From positions 85,808,001 through 85,872,000 of the forward strand of contig NC_135815.1 in the NCBI RefSeq assembly GCF_964213995.1: a DNA stretch of 64,000 nt. Reading direction: 5' to 3'. This stretch comes from Mustelus asterias (lineage: Eukaryota). A program made the translations under genes and the position numbers. The notes under the pieces were generated by a model. That model searched no databases. It was not told where the DNA came from and saw only the letters and a list, made by a program, of their open reading frames with translations. This document shows, piece by piece, positions 1-11,859 of the stretch (positions are counted from its first letter, which is position 1; each line of letters starts with the position of its first letter).

Positions 1-330
1 TTCCTCCACATCCTTCCCACTAGTTAATGGTGTATGAACTACACCAAGCAATTTTTAATGCACTCTTTTGTTCCTTAGCTCTAGCCAAATTGATTCTGTC
101 TTTGAACCCTCTGGAACATTCTCTCCCTCCATCATTACAGTGCTTTCCTTAACCAATACCGCCACCCCTGCTCCTTTCCAGAACACCACCTACCCAGGAA
201 TATTTAATACCCGGTCCTGCCCTTCCTTGAGCCAGGTCTGTGTTATTGCCACAACAACATATTACCACATTGCAATCTGCACCTATAATTCCCAATGTTA
301 TTCACTATACTCCATGCATTCACACAGTAA
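1..330 (-). mobile_element. Degenerate CR1-type LINE ORF2 fragment (APE endonuclease N-terminus)
   Basis: The minus strand translates to VVAITQTWLKEGQDRVLNIPG*VVFWKGAGVAVLVK, typical of the CR1 endonuclease motifs AITETWL...G(Y)...GGGVA. Confidence 0.7.
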
Positions 331-774
331 CCCTGATTTAGACTTCATTACTTTCTCCCTTACACCTACTCTACCTATTAACTGCTATTCTCTACACTAG
401 TGCTATCTGTCTCTCTGTGCACCCTGGAATTCATTTCTATTATTCACTCTTGGTTCTCACACTCCTGCTGAGTTAGTTTAATTAAGATTTCTAGTCGAAC
501 ACGGACTATAAAAGACTCTTTCACCGACTGTTGGCAAATGTACCAGCAAGATCCCACAAACTGAAATGAGCTGGGTTGATCTACTTTTGGTGGAATTGCT
601 CCAAGAGTCACCATGGGAACTGTAGAGCAATTTTTGTTTGCACATAAAATCCCATCCAAATCGAGAAAGCCAGCTGGATATTAATGAATCCAAAGGTGTT
701 GTTTTGATTGGCTTGGATTCTAAGATGTGGTTTCTATTCCAACCCACTCGTAATTTGTCTTAATTATGTATTAG

Positions 775-1330
775 GTGTCATCTGTGGCTCAGTGGGTAGC
801 ACTCTTACTTCAGAATCAGAGGGTGGTGGATTCAAGTTCCTCTCCCAAGAAACATGAACACAATGCAAACCGGCAATTCCAGTACAGTATTGAGGGAATG
901 TGGCACTGTTGGAGATGCTGTTTTTCAGATGAGGCTTTAAGGTGTGTGTAAGAGACCCCATGACTTTGAAGGCGAACAGGGAAGTTTTCCCTTGTGTATT
1001 GGTCAATATTTATCCCTCAATCAACATCATCAGAACAGATTATTTGGGCATCATTTCATTACTGTCTTTAAAAATTAAAGTTAAGGTTTTATTTATTATT
1101 CACAAGTAGACTTACATTCACACTGCAATGAAGTTACTGTGAAAATCCCCTAGTTGCCACACTGCGACGCCTGTTCGGGTACACTGAGGGAGAATGTAGC
1201 ATGGCCAATGCCTTGTGTGCAAGTTGGCTGTTGCATTTCTGCATTCGAACATTGCCGACACTTAAGAAGTATTGGCTGTAAAGTGCTTTGGGACATCCAG
1301 GGGTCATGAAATGCACTGTATAAATGCAAA
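775..1330 (+). mobile_element. DeuSINE (SacSINE1/AmnSINE-like), interrupted by a V-SINE tail fragment at about 1085-1212
   Basis: tRNA-like head (tggctcagtgggtagcact...gttcaag-like), body with ggtcaatatttatccctcaatcaacatc, and 3' tail attggctgtaaagtgctttgggacatcc...tataaatgcaa. The same motifs recur many times in the window. Confidence 0.7.
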
Positions 1331-2131
1331 TATGCCAACGACAAAGTGAATCATTTTCCTGGAATGTCCATTGCCACCTCACTCGGGAGCTGGTTCTGAT
1401 CTTCAGAAGCTTCTCCAGCATTTGATTTGTATTTCTACAACTAGAGGCACACTTTGATCAACTCGCATCTCAATTAAAAAGAACCCAAAATGAGCCATTT
1501 GAGGTCCAGTAGTTTCTGTATATCAAGGCATGGCATGAGGATGAGGTTTGCTCTGGGTAGGAATATAGGCTTGTAAGCATTGCTGTGTAAATAACTAATT
1601 GTATGTATGTGGTTATGTGAGGCAGTGCATATGACCTCTTCAGTAAGAAGTCTACCAGCTTTCCCTTTATCAGACAAACTGTTCTTGCAACCTTTCAGCT
1701 TCGAAGGGTATAAAGTGTTTTCAGTTGCTGCAAACAGATAACAAATTGCTTATCATTTAGTCTCTGGGGAAATAGCTTCCATAAAACATGTCAAAACGCC
1801 CTGTTTAAACTTGAGAATAAAGCTTGCTGAAAAAAAATGATAGCTATTAAACTACTTTCTGTCAAAAGAATTATCTCTCAAATCCTGAAATGAGGATTGT
1901 GTATATTGATGACAGGCAGTGTCGAGGATGTCAGATTTGGTGATGGTGTGTTTAGTAGTGAGGGTGAACAAAGAAAGACTTTTATTTCTGTAGAGCTTTT
2001 CATAAGCCTCCTGACATCTCAAAGTCCTTTATCGCCAATGAAGAGTCCTTACTGTCACAATATAGGAATGCGGCAGCCAATTTGCACACAGCAAGATCCC
2101 GCAAACTGCAATGTGAAAATGGCCAATCTTT

Positions 2132-2238
2132 TCAACTCTGACGAAGGGTCATCCAGACAATACATTGGCTCTATTCTCAGTCCACAGAGGCTGTCAGACC
2201 TGCTGAGTTTCCCCAGCATTTTCTGTTTTTGTTTCAGA
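2132..2238 (+). mobile_element. Solo Penelope-type terminal fragment with degenerate hammerhead motif (family 2)
   Basis: ctgacgaagggtcatccagac followed by ctgtcagacctgctgagtttccccagcattttctgttt. It is homologous to 55039-55172. Confidence 0.6.
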
Positions 2239-3057
2239 CGCAGTGTGAGGGTTGGGGGGGCGGGAGGTGGCAGCCACATGGGGCAGTGTGAGGGAGGGGG
2301 GTGGCAGCCGCATGGGGCGGTGTGGGGGCGGGGGGGGGGGGGGGGTTGCGAGGGGGGATGGTCGTGTGGGGCGATGCGGGGGGAGGGGGCGGACGGTTCG
2401 TGATCATGTATTTTGCAGCGTTAGGGTGAGAGAATCTGTTTGGCAGTTTGAAGTTCTGCCTGAGGCGAAAGTGTTTCCAGTCTCAGGTAACGTGCTGGGC
2501 TGCAACATGATGTGTTATTTGTTTAATTGTACTGGTACATAAACAGCTTTAGTTAATTGTGGAACCACTGATGTGTTGTGTATATTTTATTCCACACGCT
2601 CGATGAAAATGTGTCATGTTTTTCTGTCATTGAACGAATTTTGGTGCTACAGCGTGACAGGACTTGGAGATCATCAGCATGCTTTCCATTCACATTGACC
2701 ATGGCATTATTGTGATGTGCCCAGATGGTTGGACAAGTACTATCCAGATGACCTACCATACCTGTCTCTCCATAAACTTGTCTTGCCTTGCTATGCCATG
2801 CCATTCCAGTACTTGTTTAGCAGAGGAAAGATGATGACTATATTGTCAAGTCCACCTTGATCATATCACATTGCAGACTGACTGATTTAATGTGGCTTTC
2901 ACACAAAACTTAGGCCTTGTTCTAATTAGCTGAGACTGTCTGTGGATCAGCCTTCTGACAGCTTCTGTTGTGAAACAGAGATTACTCTTCTGACACAATC
3001 TAATAGGATAATTTGACATTGCTGAGTGGTAGCACTCTCTCACTCTGGGTTAGGCAT

Positions 3058-3139
3058 AGTAAGAAGTCTCACAACACCAGGTTAAAGTCCAACAGGTTCA
3101 TTTGGTAGTACGAGCTTTTGGAGCGCAGCTCCTTCATCA
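3058..3139 (-). mobile_element. Solo Penelope pLTR fragment (same family as 38488-41760), truncated in the hammerhead core
   Basis: agtaagaagtctcacaacaccaggttaaagtccaacagg...ggagcgcagctccttcatca is the reverse complement of the element end at about 41633-41713. Confidence 0.85.
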
Positions 3140-3149
3140 TTTTCCATTC

Positions 3150-5137
3150 AGGGACTAAGTTCTGTGGCCGAGGCGGGAGCCAGGCAAGTTTCCCACCAAA
3201 GAGGCTGGGAATTTGCGCAGTATAATGCGACATTTTATGTCGTCGGGGTTTTGCACGGCAGGGCGGGCAGGGTGACGCACACTTCACCATCATATCTGGG
3301 TGCCAGATTTAAAAGACGCCCGGGCATCAACTTACCTACCATGTTCCAGCATGTTAGCTGAGACTAGGAACACTTTCACCTCAGGCAGAACTTCAAACTG
3401 CCAAACAGAATCTCTCACCCTAACGCTGCAAAATACACAATCATGAACCATCCGCCCTCTCGCACCGCCCCCCCGCGGCCGTCCCTCCCCCCCGCACCAT
3501 CAACTTACCAAGGAGGAAATGGCCCACCAATCCTAGGGACATCAGGCCCCAGATTCAGTGACGCCTCTCTAGAAGTCCTGCTGAATTAAGTGGAGGCCAG
3601 GACGAGTGCCCTTTCTAGAAGATGGAAGGAGGAGGGCATGCCAAAAGACTAACCTGAAGTGAGAGGAAGTTTCCAGGGACATGGGGTGTGGAAAAAAGTC
3701 TCGAGTGGTCAGTGCCCTAGGTGTCTCCCAGAGGACAACCCCGCAGTGCAGGAAATGCATGATTGACCTCATTGGTTCCGCCAGGGTAAGTGAAACCTCA
3801 CCTCACTGGATGGTAGAAGGGACATGGGCCTCAGTGGTAATGTGATAAGATGATGCCTCACAATCCCAATGCGGTTCATCTAGTCTGCAGGTGGAGAATC
3901 CACAGCAGGAGGAGACAGGGTCAGCCAAACTCCCCAGCACTTGGAGGACTGCTGGGGAAGAAGTATTTGTCACGTCTGAGTCTGAAAACAAGCCTCTGGA
4001 AATGGCCGTGCAAAGATGCTGAGAGGCAGCAAGGGTGGGGGGGGACATCAGGCAGAGATCCTCAATAGAGTGGCACATGAGATGGAGAAGATCTCTAATG
4101 AAGTAGTTCTGACCTGAGCATGCAGCAAGGCTTCCATGGGTAGGAAGCAATTCCTCCACTCAGGGATCTCTAAGGATGTGCAGTCCTTCAGAATTCCCCT
4201 TTGCCTATGGACCCTTCAGCATCGACCTCTGTGACCTTAGAGGAAGTAGCTGCCCCACAGTAAGACAGCCAAAGTAAGCCAGGGCCCTCGAGCCTCCAAG
4301 CTCCAGAGGATGGCTGGCAAGGTCACCCAAGACAACAATCTGCGTGGGTTCCCTCGGGTGCTCCAGTTTCCTCCCACAGTCCAGAGATGTGCAGGTTAAG
4401 TGAATTGGCCATACTAAATTGCCCTTTAGTGTCCCAAGATGTGTAGGTTAGATGGATGAGCCATGGTAAATGTGTGGTGCTACAGAGATGGGAGAGGGTC
4501 TGGATAAGATGCTCTGTCAAAGAGGCTGTGCAGACTCGATGGGCAACATGGCCTCTTCTGCACTGTAGGCATTCTATGAACAGGGTAAACTGATCAGCAG
4601 GCTATCGTCCACCCCTGCTGTGGATGTCAGGGAGGCATCTAGAAGAAGCAGTAGGAAACAAAAGTTTAAGTTTTGATTTCATATGTGGTTGCATGGTGCA
4701 CTGTGATTGTTAATCTTCTGATACTTTAATAAATATAGTCCACTTGCACTTTTAATGAGGTCTGGTATGTTTTATTTGCCAGGCACAGTTCTCAAGCCTG
4801 TGATTTCTGTGACTCCACAGTCATTGGAGGCCTCTATCCCAATCTCCACAAGTTTTCCCCCAGGCCTTTTTTTATGTCCTTTTATACACCACGTTGATCC
4901 GGCAATCCCGCAGGTGAGGCAGGCAGATGATTGGGCAGGTGGGGAGTGCAATTTTGGTCAGACCTTTGGTTATCTGCATGCCATTAATGGGATGCAAAAT
5001 AGGTTCTCGTTGATCGCTGATGGGAATGGCAACATGCCATAACAAGCAAGAGCGCATTTTTCCACTATTATTTTAAGCAGCGAGGAACTGACTTTTCAGA
5101 TCACCCACAGCTGTGGGGGGATCTGGAAGATTCCAGC
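3150..5137 (+). mobile_element. Degenerate PIF/Harbinger-type DNA transposon remnant (contains a V-SINE fragment at about 4340-4578)
   Basis: Contains a decayed Myb/SANT-like exon. The right end ggaagattccagc resembles the TIRs of the MITEs elsewhere in the window. The left boundary is uncertain. Confidence 0.55.
3519..3785 (+). pseudogene. Decayed Myb/SANT-like (trihelix) DNA-binding protein exon of a Harbinger element
   Basis: Translates with stops and frameshifts to PRFSDASLEVLLN*VEAR...VSALGVSQRTTPQCRKCMIDLIGSAR and is followed by a GTAAGT donor at 3786. It fits the Myb/SANT pattern F(S)..LE.LL...W..VA..VSA...RT..QCRK...DL. Confidence 0.65.
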
Positions 5138-5159
5138 TGTTGCCTTTCAAATAAGACAT

Positions 5160-5435
5160 CAAAGAAAGGTCCCATCTACCCTCTCTTGGTGGCTGTGAAA
5201 GGTCCCATGACTACATTTCAAACAGGAGAAAAAGAGTTCCCCACTGCCCTCCACAATATTTCTCCCTATACCTTGAGATATCTAGTCATTGCTTGCACTG
5301 CAGTTTGTCGGAGCTTGTGTACACAAATTGATTGCTGCGTATCAAACTTTACAACAGTGACTACACTTCAAAAGTGCTTCTGTGCCTGTGAAGCTCTTTG
5401 AAACATCACAAAAGGTGCTACATAAATGCAAGTTC
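5160..5435 (+). mobile_element. DeuSINE (SacSINE1-like) 3' half
   Basis: caaattgattgctgcg...acaacagtgactacacttcaaaagtgc...ggtgctacataaatgcaagt tail. Confidence 0.7.
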
Positions 5436-6391
5436 TTGTGTCTTTTATCTCGACCAGTAAATGTACATCTCTGGGCAGCCTCTACGTGTGAGATGTGATT
5501 GTACCTCCCAGTCTCATGTCCTCATGAACTGCTCTTGTAACTTAAAAAGATCGGAGGTAACCAACAACAAGGAAGTCATGCATCAACCAAAATACAATAG
5601 GTTAAAAGAAAGGAAACATTAAGACTAACACTGAGAGGTACAACGTGCATTTCAGAAAGGCCAAGGCAGCCAAATGGCCATGTGTCTGTTTTATATGGTG
5701 GGGGAGAAGGCAGGAGGGAAAAAGCAGGCAAAAGACCGGTCAGCCTGTGATCACAGCGAATCTGAAGGTGTAATGGGGTCACTCAAGAAGAAATTAGATA
5801 TAGCTCTTGGGGCTAAAGGGATCAAGGGATATGGGGGAAGGCGGGATCAGGATAAAAATGGTCAAAATGAATGACGGAACAGACTCAGAGGGCCGAATGG
5901 CCTACTCCTATTTTCTATGTTTCTATAGTGGATGAAAGTGCAGTCTTGGAAAACATTTCTATCAATTTTGTACCTTCTGATTTGGAGTGTTGTCCCCTCA
6001 GGCATGTCAACCTGTACAGTCTAATTCCATGTTCCCTACTGTTGCATGGTTGGGATCAGGAGCTGGAAGCGAACACATGGTCCAAACTTTCTCCACGCCT
6101 CACATCACCCCCTCTTAATTGTACAATCTCCAGTTAAATAATCCAATTGCAATCAGTGAACTTTGTGCACCTCTAAATATTACCCAATGGATTTGACCAT
6201 TCTACTGTGACTCAGAGCGTTGTGGATTTGCGTCCCACTTCTTAGACTTGGATATAACATTTTGGCTGATTTTCGCAGTGGGGTACTGAGAGGTTATACT
6301 GTTTGGATGAGAGGTTAAACTGAGGCCGGGCCCACTCTCTCACTTAGGTGTTAAAAAAGTCCTGTAGCGCTATTTTGAGGAAGTTAAAATT

Positions 6392-6731
6392 TAGAAATCA
6401 TAGAAACCCTACAGTGCAGAAGGAGGCCATTCGGCCCATCGAGTCTGCACCGACCACAATCCCACCCAGGCCCTACCCCCACATATTTTACCCACTAATC
6501 CCTCTAACCTACACATCCCAGGACTCTAAGGTGCAATTTTTTAACCTGGCCAATCAACCTAACCCGCACATCTTTGGACTGTGGGAGGAAACCGGAGCAC
6601 CCGGAGGAAACCCACGCAGACACGAGGAGAATGTGCAAACTCCACACACACAGTGACCCGAGCCGGGAATCGAACCCGGGACCCTGGAGCTGTGAAGCAG
6701 CAGTGCTAACCACTATGCTACCGTGCCGCCC
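6392..6731 (-). mobile_element. Full-length HE1-type V-SINE
   Basis: The reverse complement has a tRNA head (ggcacggtagcatagtggttagcac...gggttcgattcccgg), a V domain (gcgtgggtttcctccgggtgctccggtttcctcccaca) and a CR1/HER1-type tail (gggccgaatggcctccttctgcactgtag). Confidence 0.92.
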
Positions 6732-7228
6732 AAAATTTGTCCCCATTCTTCTGACCAAAAAATATCCTTCAGTGACCTCTTAAGACAGATTCTCATTAAA
6801 TGTTGCGGGCTTTATTCTGTTTCTCTCTTTCCATTGATGTTGCCATATCTGCCGAGTGTTTCCAGCATTTTCTGTGTTTTTTTTAAATTTCAGATTTCCA
6901 GCATCTGCAGAATTTTGCTTTTGTACATTTAACAAGAACAAAGTATCTTATTTGTCACAGTGCTGCTATTGGGATCTTGCTGTGTGCAAAATGGCTGTGT
7001 CCCCTACACTGCAACTGTCACTACATTTCAAAACATCATCACTGGATGTAAAGCACTTTAGGATGTCCCGAGATTGTGGAAGTTGCTGTTTGAGTGCAAA
7101 TATTTCTTTGCCTTTTAAAAAGGTGATGGTGGTGTAGTGGTAATATCACTGGACTTGTGATCAAAAGGGCCAGACTAATGCTTTGAGGGCATGGATTCAA
7201 ATCCCACCATGGCAGCTGAAGGAATTTG

Positions 7229-7526
7229 GGTGGCACAGTGGTTAGCACTGCTGCCTCACAGGACCAGGGACCTGGATTCAATTCCAGCCTCGGGTGACTG
7301 TGTGGAGTTTGCATGTTCTCCCCGTGTCTGCGTGGGTTTCCTCTGGGTTCTGTGGTTTCCTCCCACAGTCCAAAGATGTGCCGGTTAAGTGGATTGGCCA
7401 TTGTAAATTTCCCCTCAGTGTCAGGGAGATTAGCAGGATAAATACGTGTTATGGGGGTAGGGCCTGGGTGGTATTGTTGTTAGTGCAGGCACAAAGGGCT
7501 GAATGGCCTCCTTCTGCACTGTAGGG
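7229..7526 (+). mobile_element. HE1-type V-SINE, preceded by an LF-SINE-like tRNA head (about 7130-7227)
   Basis: Same head, V domain and tail motifs as the other HE1 copies. Confidence 0.88.
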
Positions 7527-9694
7527 AAAAAATCTTCAACTTTTTTTCATTTTCTCTTTTTTAATTCGAGATCATGCTTTTGACTGCAATTCCATGCCTC
7601 TTTATAGATGAGGAAACTAGGATGTTTACTATTTATTCTGCCAAGCTGTTTATCTTGCTGCATTCCTTTGGTGTATCAGTGTAGTCTTTCCTGCTATGTG
7701 ACTCTATCTGCTCTCTTTCTGTGAGTCAGATGGGAAACAAGCGAGTGATGTCTTGTGATAACATATGGCGAGGAAAAGGAAGCAGCTGAGCATCTTACGA
7801 TGACGGTTATTATTCTAAATACATCTACAGGGTCTGAATAGATTGCACTTCCCTTGATCCCTTTTACTTAACATGGAGCTCCCCATAAGTGTTTCAATCT
7901 TCATAATTGTTTTGTCTGGGCCAATTCATCTACTGTCATGTTCACTCATGGTGATTGATTAGGGGAGGTGTTTTTTTTTTGTTTTCTCTTGGTCATCGCT
8001 CTCTTCATTGTTACTCGCTCTCCAAACGCAATTGCCATGATTGGGAGGGAACTGAGACTCACCCTGCCCCCCACCCCCCGGCCCCTGCTTTGTGTTTGAC
8101 TGAGGCAGCCATTTGCTGTGACATAAATCAGGGTTGCAGTACGGAACAGGAGTTTGGGAGGGGTGAAGGAAAGGAAGCATCTGGCTTTCAATCAGCGCCA
8201 AATTGAGAAAAGCAAGCCATGCGTGAACTGAGAAAAGAATAGGTAATTGTTCTGGGATAGATGCATATTTGAAAGCTAGAGCAGCCTGAAGCAAGGAACC
8301 TTTCACAAAACGAGCTCCCTCAAGATAGATATCAGTAAACTCGCTCCTGTGCTATAAGCAATTTTACTTCCAATTCTCATATCCCATCCCATCACAAACA
8401 TTAGTTGTTTCACTCTTGCTGATCCCTTCAGCTTGGGTTGAGAATCTTTGTTCTGTATTGTTGATTAAAGTTTTCTTCCTCTAGTAGACCGTTAGTCCAA
8501 ACACTGGAGTTGTTTCCAGCTTTTCCCATTGGATGAGCAAAGCATAAGACAGTCTAACCTGAAGGATTTTGATAGAGTAGAAACTGTTTCCACTGGTAGG
8601 TCGGTCGATAACCAGAGAACACAAATAAGATAATTAGCAAAATAAATGGAAGGGACATGAGAGGTTTTTTTTTAATGCAGCAAGTTATGATAACCTGAAA
8701 CTTACTGCCTGAACAGATGGGAAAGAAGAATCAGGTGTCATTTTAAAAAAGGAACGCGATAAATATTTGAAAAGAAAAAATATTACCAGTTGGAAAGTTT
8801 TTTTCAAAGAGTTAGCACAGGTAAATGAACCGAATGGCCTCCTTCTGTGATGTATGATTCTAGCCTCATGAATGAGAGGACAGCAACAGTTGCAGGGATG
8901 ATCAGGTTGACACGAAAACATGCATTTTGTTAAAAAGGGAAGGAAATGTTGGCCTCTGAAATATTGCCAAAGGAAGGTGCTCAATAGGCACAACACAAAT
9001 TGCCATAGATAAACAAGATCCTATAGTTGCATAGAGTACTGTATGAGAATCATTGTTTCTTGTGCCTGAACCTACCCAGCTGAACCGGATCTGGTTTCCC
9101 TTGATAGTGAAGAAAATTGAGCATCAACTTCAGGAGTTGCCCTTGAGGTGGAGAAAATGCGCATTTTGGTACTGCCTAATAATTCTGGTAACTGAGCTGA
9201 CGTCCACTATCCTCTCTCTCCCATTATTGACGATATTGGTCTCCTTTAGAAACATAGTAGAAGCATAGAATTATGGCACTGAATGAAGCCATTCAGCCCA
9301 TCATGTCCATGTTAGCCTAAAAAAGTATCCAGTCTCATCCCATCTTCCAGCTCTTGGCCCATAACCCCGTAGGTTACAGTGAAAATCCAAGTTTTTCAAT
9401 GTGATGAAAGTTGCTGCTTCTATTATTCTTTCAGGCACAAGTTCCAGGACTCCTCCACCCTCTGGATGAATTTTCCCTCTAATCTTTGTACTAATTACTT
9501 TGAATCTCTAGCCCCTGGTTTTGACTTCTCTGCTAATAGAAACATAGAAAATAACAGCAGGAGTAGGCCCTTCGAGCCTGCTCCACCATTCAATATGATC
9601 ATGGCTGATCATCCAACTCAATAGCCTAATCTCGCCTTTCCACCATATCCTTTTGCTCCAAGAGCTATATCTATTTCCTTCTTGAAAACATACA

Positions 9695-11172
9695 GGGGGC
9701 GATTCTCCCATCCCACTGCGCTACTTTTGCAGCAGGCCGGGAGACATAAGAACATAAGAACTAGGAGCAGGAGTAGGCCATCTGGCCCCTCGAGCCTGCT
9801 CCACCATTCAATAAGATCATGGCTGATCTTTTCATGGACTCAGCTCCACTTCCCTGCCTGTTCACCATAACCATACACACTACTCCAGGTGTGGCCTCAT
9901 CAGCACCTTATACAGCTGCAGCATAACCTCGTTTTTAAACTCCATCCCTCTAGCAATGAAGGACAAAATTCCATTTGCCGCCTTAATTACCTGCTGCACC
10001 TGCAAACCAACTCCTTGTGATTCTTGCACAAGGACACCCAGGTCCCTCTGCACTGCAGCATGCTGCAATTTTTTACCATTTAAAAAATAATCCATTTTGC
10101 TGTTGTTCCTACCAAAATGGATGACCTCACATTTACCAACATTGTACTACATCTGCCAGACCCTCGCCCACTCACTTCGACTATCTATATCCCTTTGCAG
10201 ACTCTCTGCATCCTGTGCACACTTTAAGAGACTCGAGCAGAAGCCATTTTGGGGCTCCCCGCTGGGCGCCACGGCCTCCGCAATTCTCCACGCAGACAGC
10301 TCCACGCCAGAAATTATGTAATTGTTCATATAAATCTCTTTTAAATATCATTAGCGGGCCCAAGACTGAAATCTCCGGGCTCACTAGCCTCTGCTGCTGC
10401 CGCTGCCCCTCCCCCAGTGTTTCACTCCAACAGAGTTTAGTATCGCTTCCTACTTGCGACCCCGCTGGAGTCAAAGGTGTAATCGAGGCCTCCTCAGAGT
10501 GTCGGGCGCCAGGCGGGGTGCCTCTGGACATTGCCACCTTGGCAGTGCCAGCCTGTGCCCCCTGGAACTACCCAAGGGGCAAAGTGCCATTGCCCAGGGG
10601 GCGGGACCAAATGTAGGCGGGGGTGGGGGGTCCCACTGCCACTCTGCATTTGGGCTGAGCGACAGAAGAAGGGAGGCCAGTGATCGGGGGGGGGGCTGCC
10701 GGAGGTGGGGGTGCATCGGGGGGGGGGGGGTTGGGGGGTGGTGGGGAATCTGGAGATCCAGGAGAGGGAAACATCAAAGCAGGCTGGAGGCCGGGGGGGG
10801 CAAGGGGTTGTCGGGACTGACCTGGGCATGTTTGAAGGGGGCTAGTGATCGGGCCAGGGGGTGCTGGGAATGATGTGGGGGTTGCGGGGCTGGCCAGTGA
10901 TCGAGAGGCTGGCAGTGCGGGGCGAATGTACATACGCCAATCTCGGCGCTGACAGATCGACACATGTGCAGTGGCTCGCTCAGCGCTATGCTGCCAGCCT
11001 CTCCAGCGGGAATAATCCCCGCCCACTGAATTTCGGCGTGATTCACGCTGAGGCACTCTGCAGTGCGCAGAGTGCGGGAGATTCATTTTGAAACTCCCGC
11101 TGAAAAAACCAGCAGGATTTACTCCAGCTTTTATGCAAATTCAACACTTAGAATTTTTGGGGGAGAACTGCC
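9695..11172. mobile_element. GC-rich Harbinger-type MITE inserted in a CR1 fragment (about 9540-9694 and 11190-11860), itself carrying a CR1 3' fragment (about 9745-10222, minus)
   Basis: Imperfect TIRs ggcgattctccca / ggggagaactgcc. The flanking CR1 sequence resumes after the element. The internal fragment encodes QRDLGVLV...LYKVLMRPHLE. Confidence 0.7.
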
Positions 11173-11859
11173 ACCCCCCCACCCCCCCCCCCCAACCCCA
11201 GGCTTACCATTCTCTGGGTGAAGATATTTCTCCTCATCTCAGTCCTAAAAGATTTACTCCTGATCGTTAGACTATGACCCCTGGTTTTGGAGTCCCCCAT
11301 CATTGAAAACATCCTGAGTTTTATAGGTTTCTATGAGATTTCCCCTCATTCTTCTGAACCCCAATGAATATAATCCTAGCTGACTCAATCTCTCCTCATA
11401 TGTCAGCCCTGCCATCCCCGGAATCAGTCTGGTAAACCTTTGTTGCACTTTCTTTATAGCAAGAACATCCTTCCACAGATAAGGACACCAAACTGCACAC
11501 AGCTTTCCAGATGTGGACTCATCAAGATCCTGTATAATTGCAGCTCACTTCTCCTGTACTCGAATCCTCTCACGATGGAGACCAACATATCATTTGCCTT
11601 CTTTACCACCTGCTGCATCTGCATGCTTGCCTTCAGCGACTAGTATATGAGGACACCCAGGTCTCTTTGCCCGTTTCCCCCTCTCAATCCACAGCCATTC
11701 AAATAACAATCTGCTTTCCTGTTTTTGCCACCAAAGTGGTTAACCTCACACTTATCCACATGATACTGCACCTACCATGCATTTGCCCACTCATTCAGCT
11801 TTTCCAAATCACACTAAAGTATCTCTGTATCTGCCTCACAGGTCATCCTCCCACCCAAT

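Noticed and set aside
6348-6783. Recurrent ORFs such as MDCGRKPEHPEETHADT and MVSTAASQLQGPGFDS (also near 7191, 15001, 16224, 28197, 28615 and 49312)
   Set aside because: Translations of HE1 V-SINE sequence, not genes.
10181-11091. Overlapping Pro/Gly-rich ORFs (also 30713-31334, 52814-53346 and 56528-57230)
   Set aside because: Stop-poor GC-rich MITE interiors or low-complexity tracts with no domain motifs.
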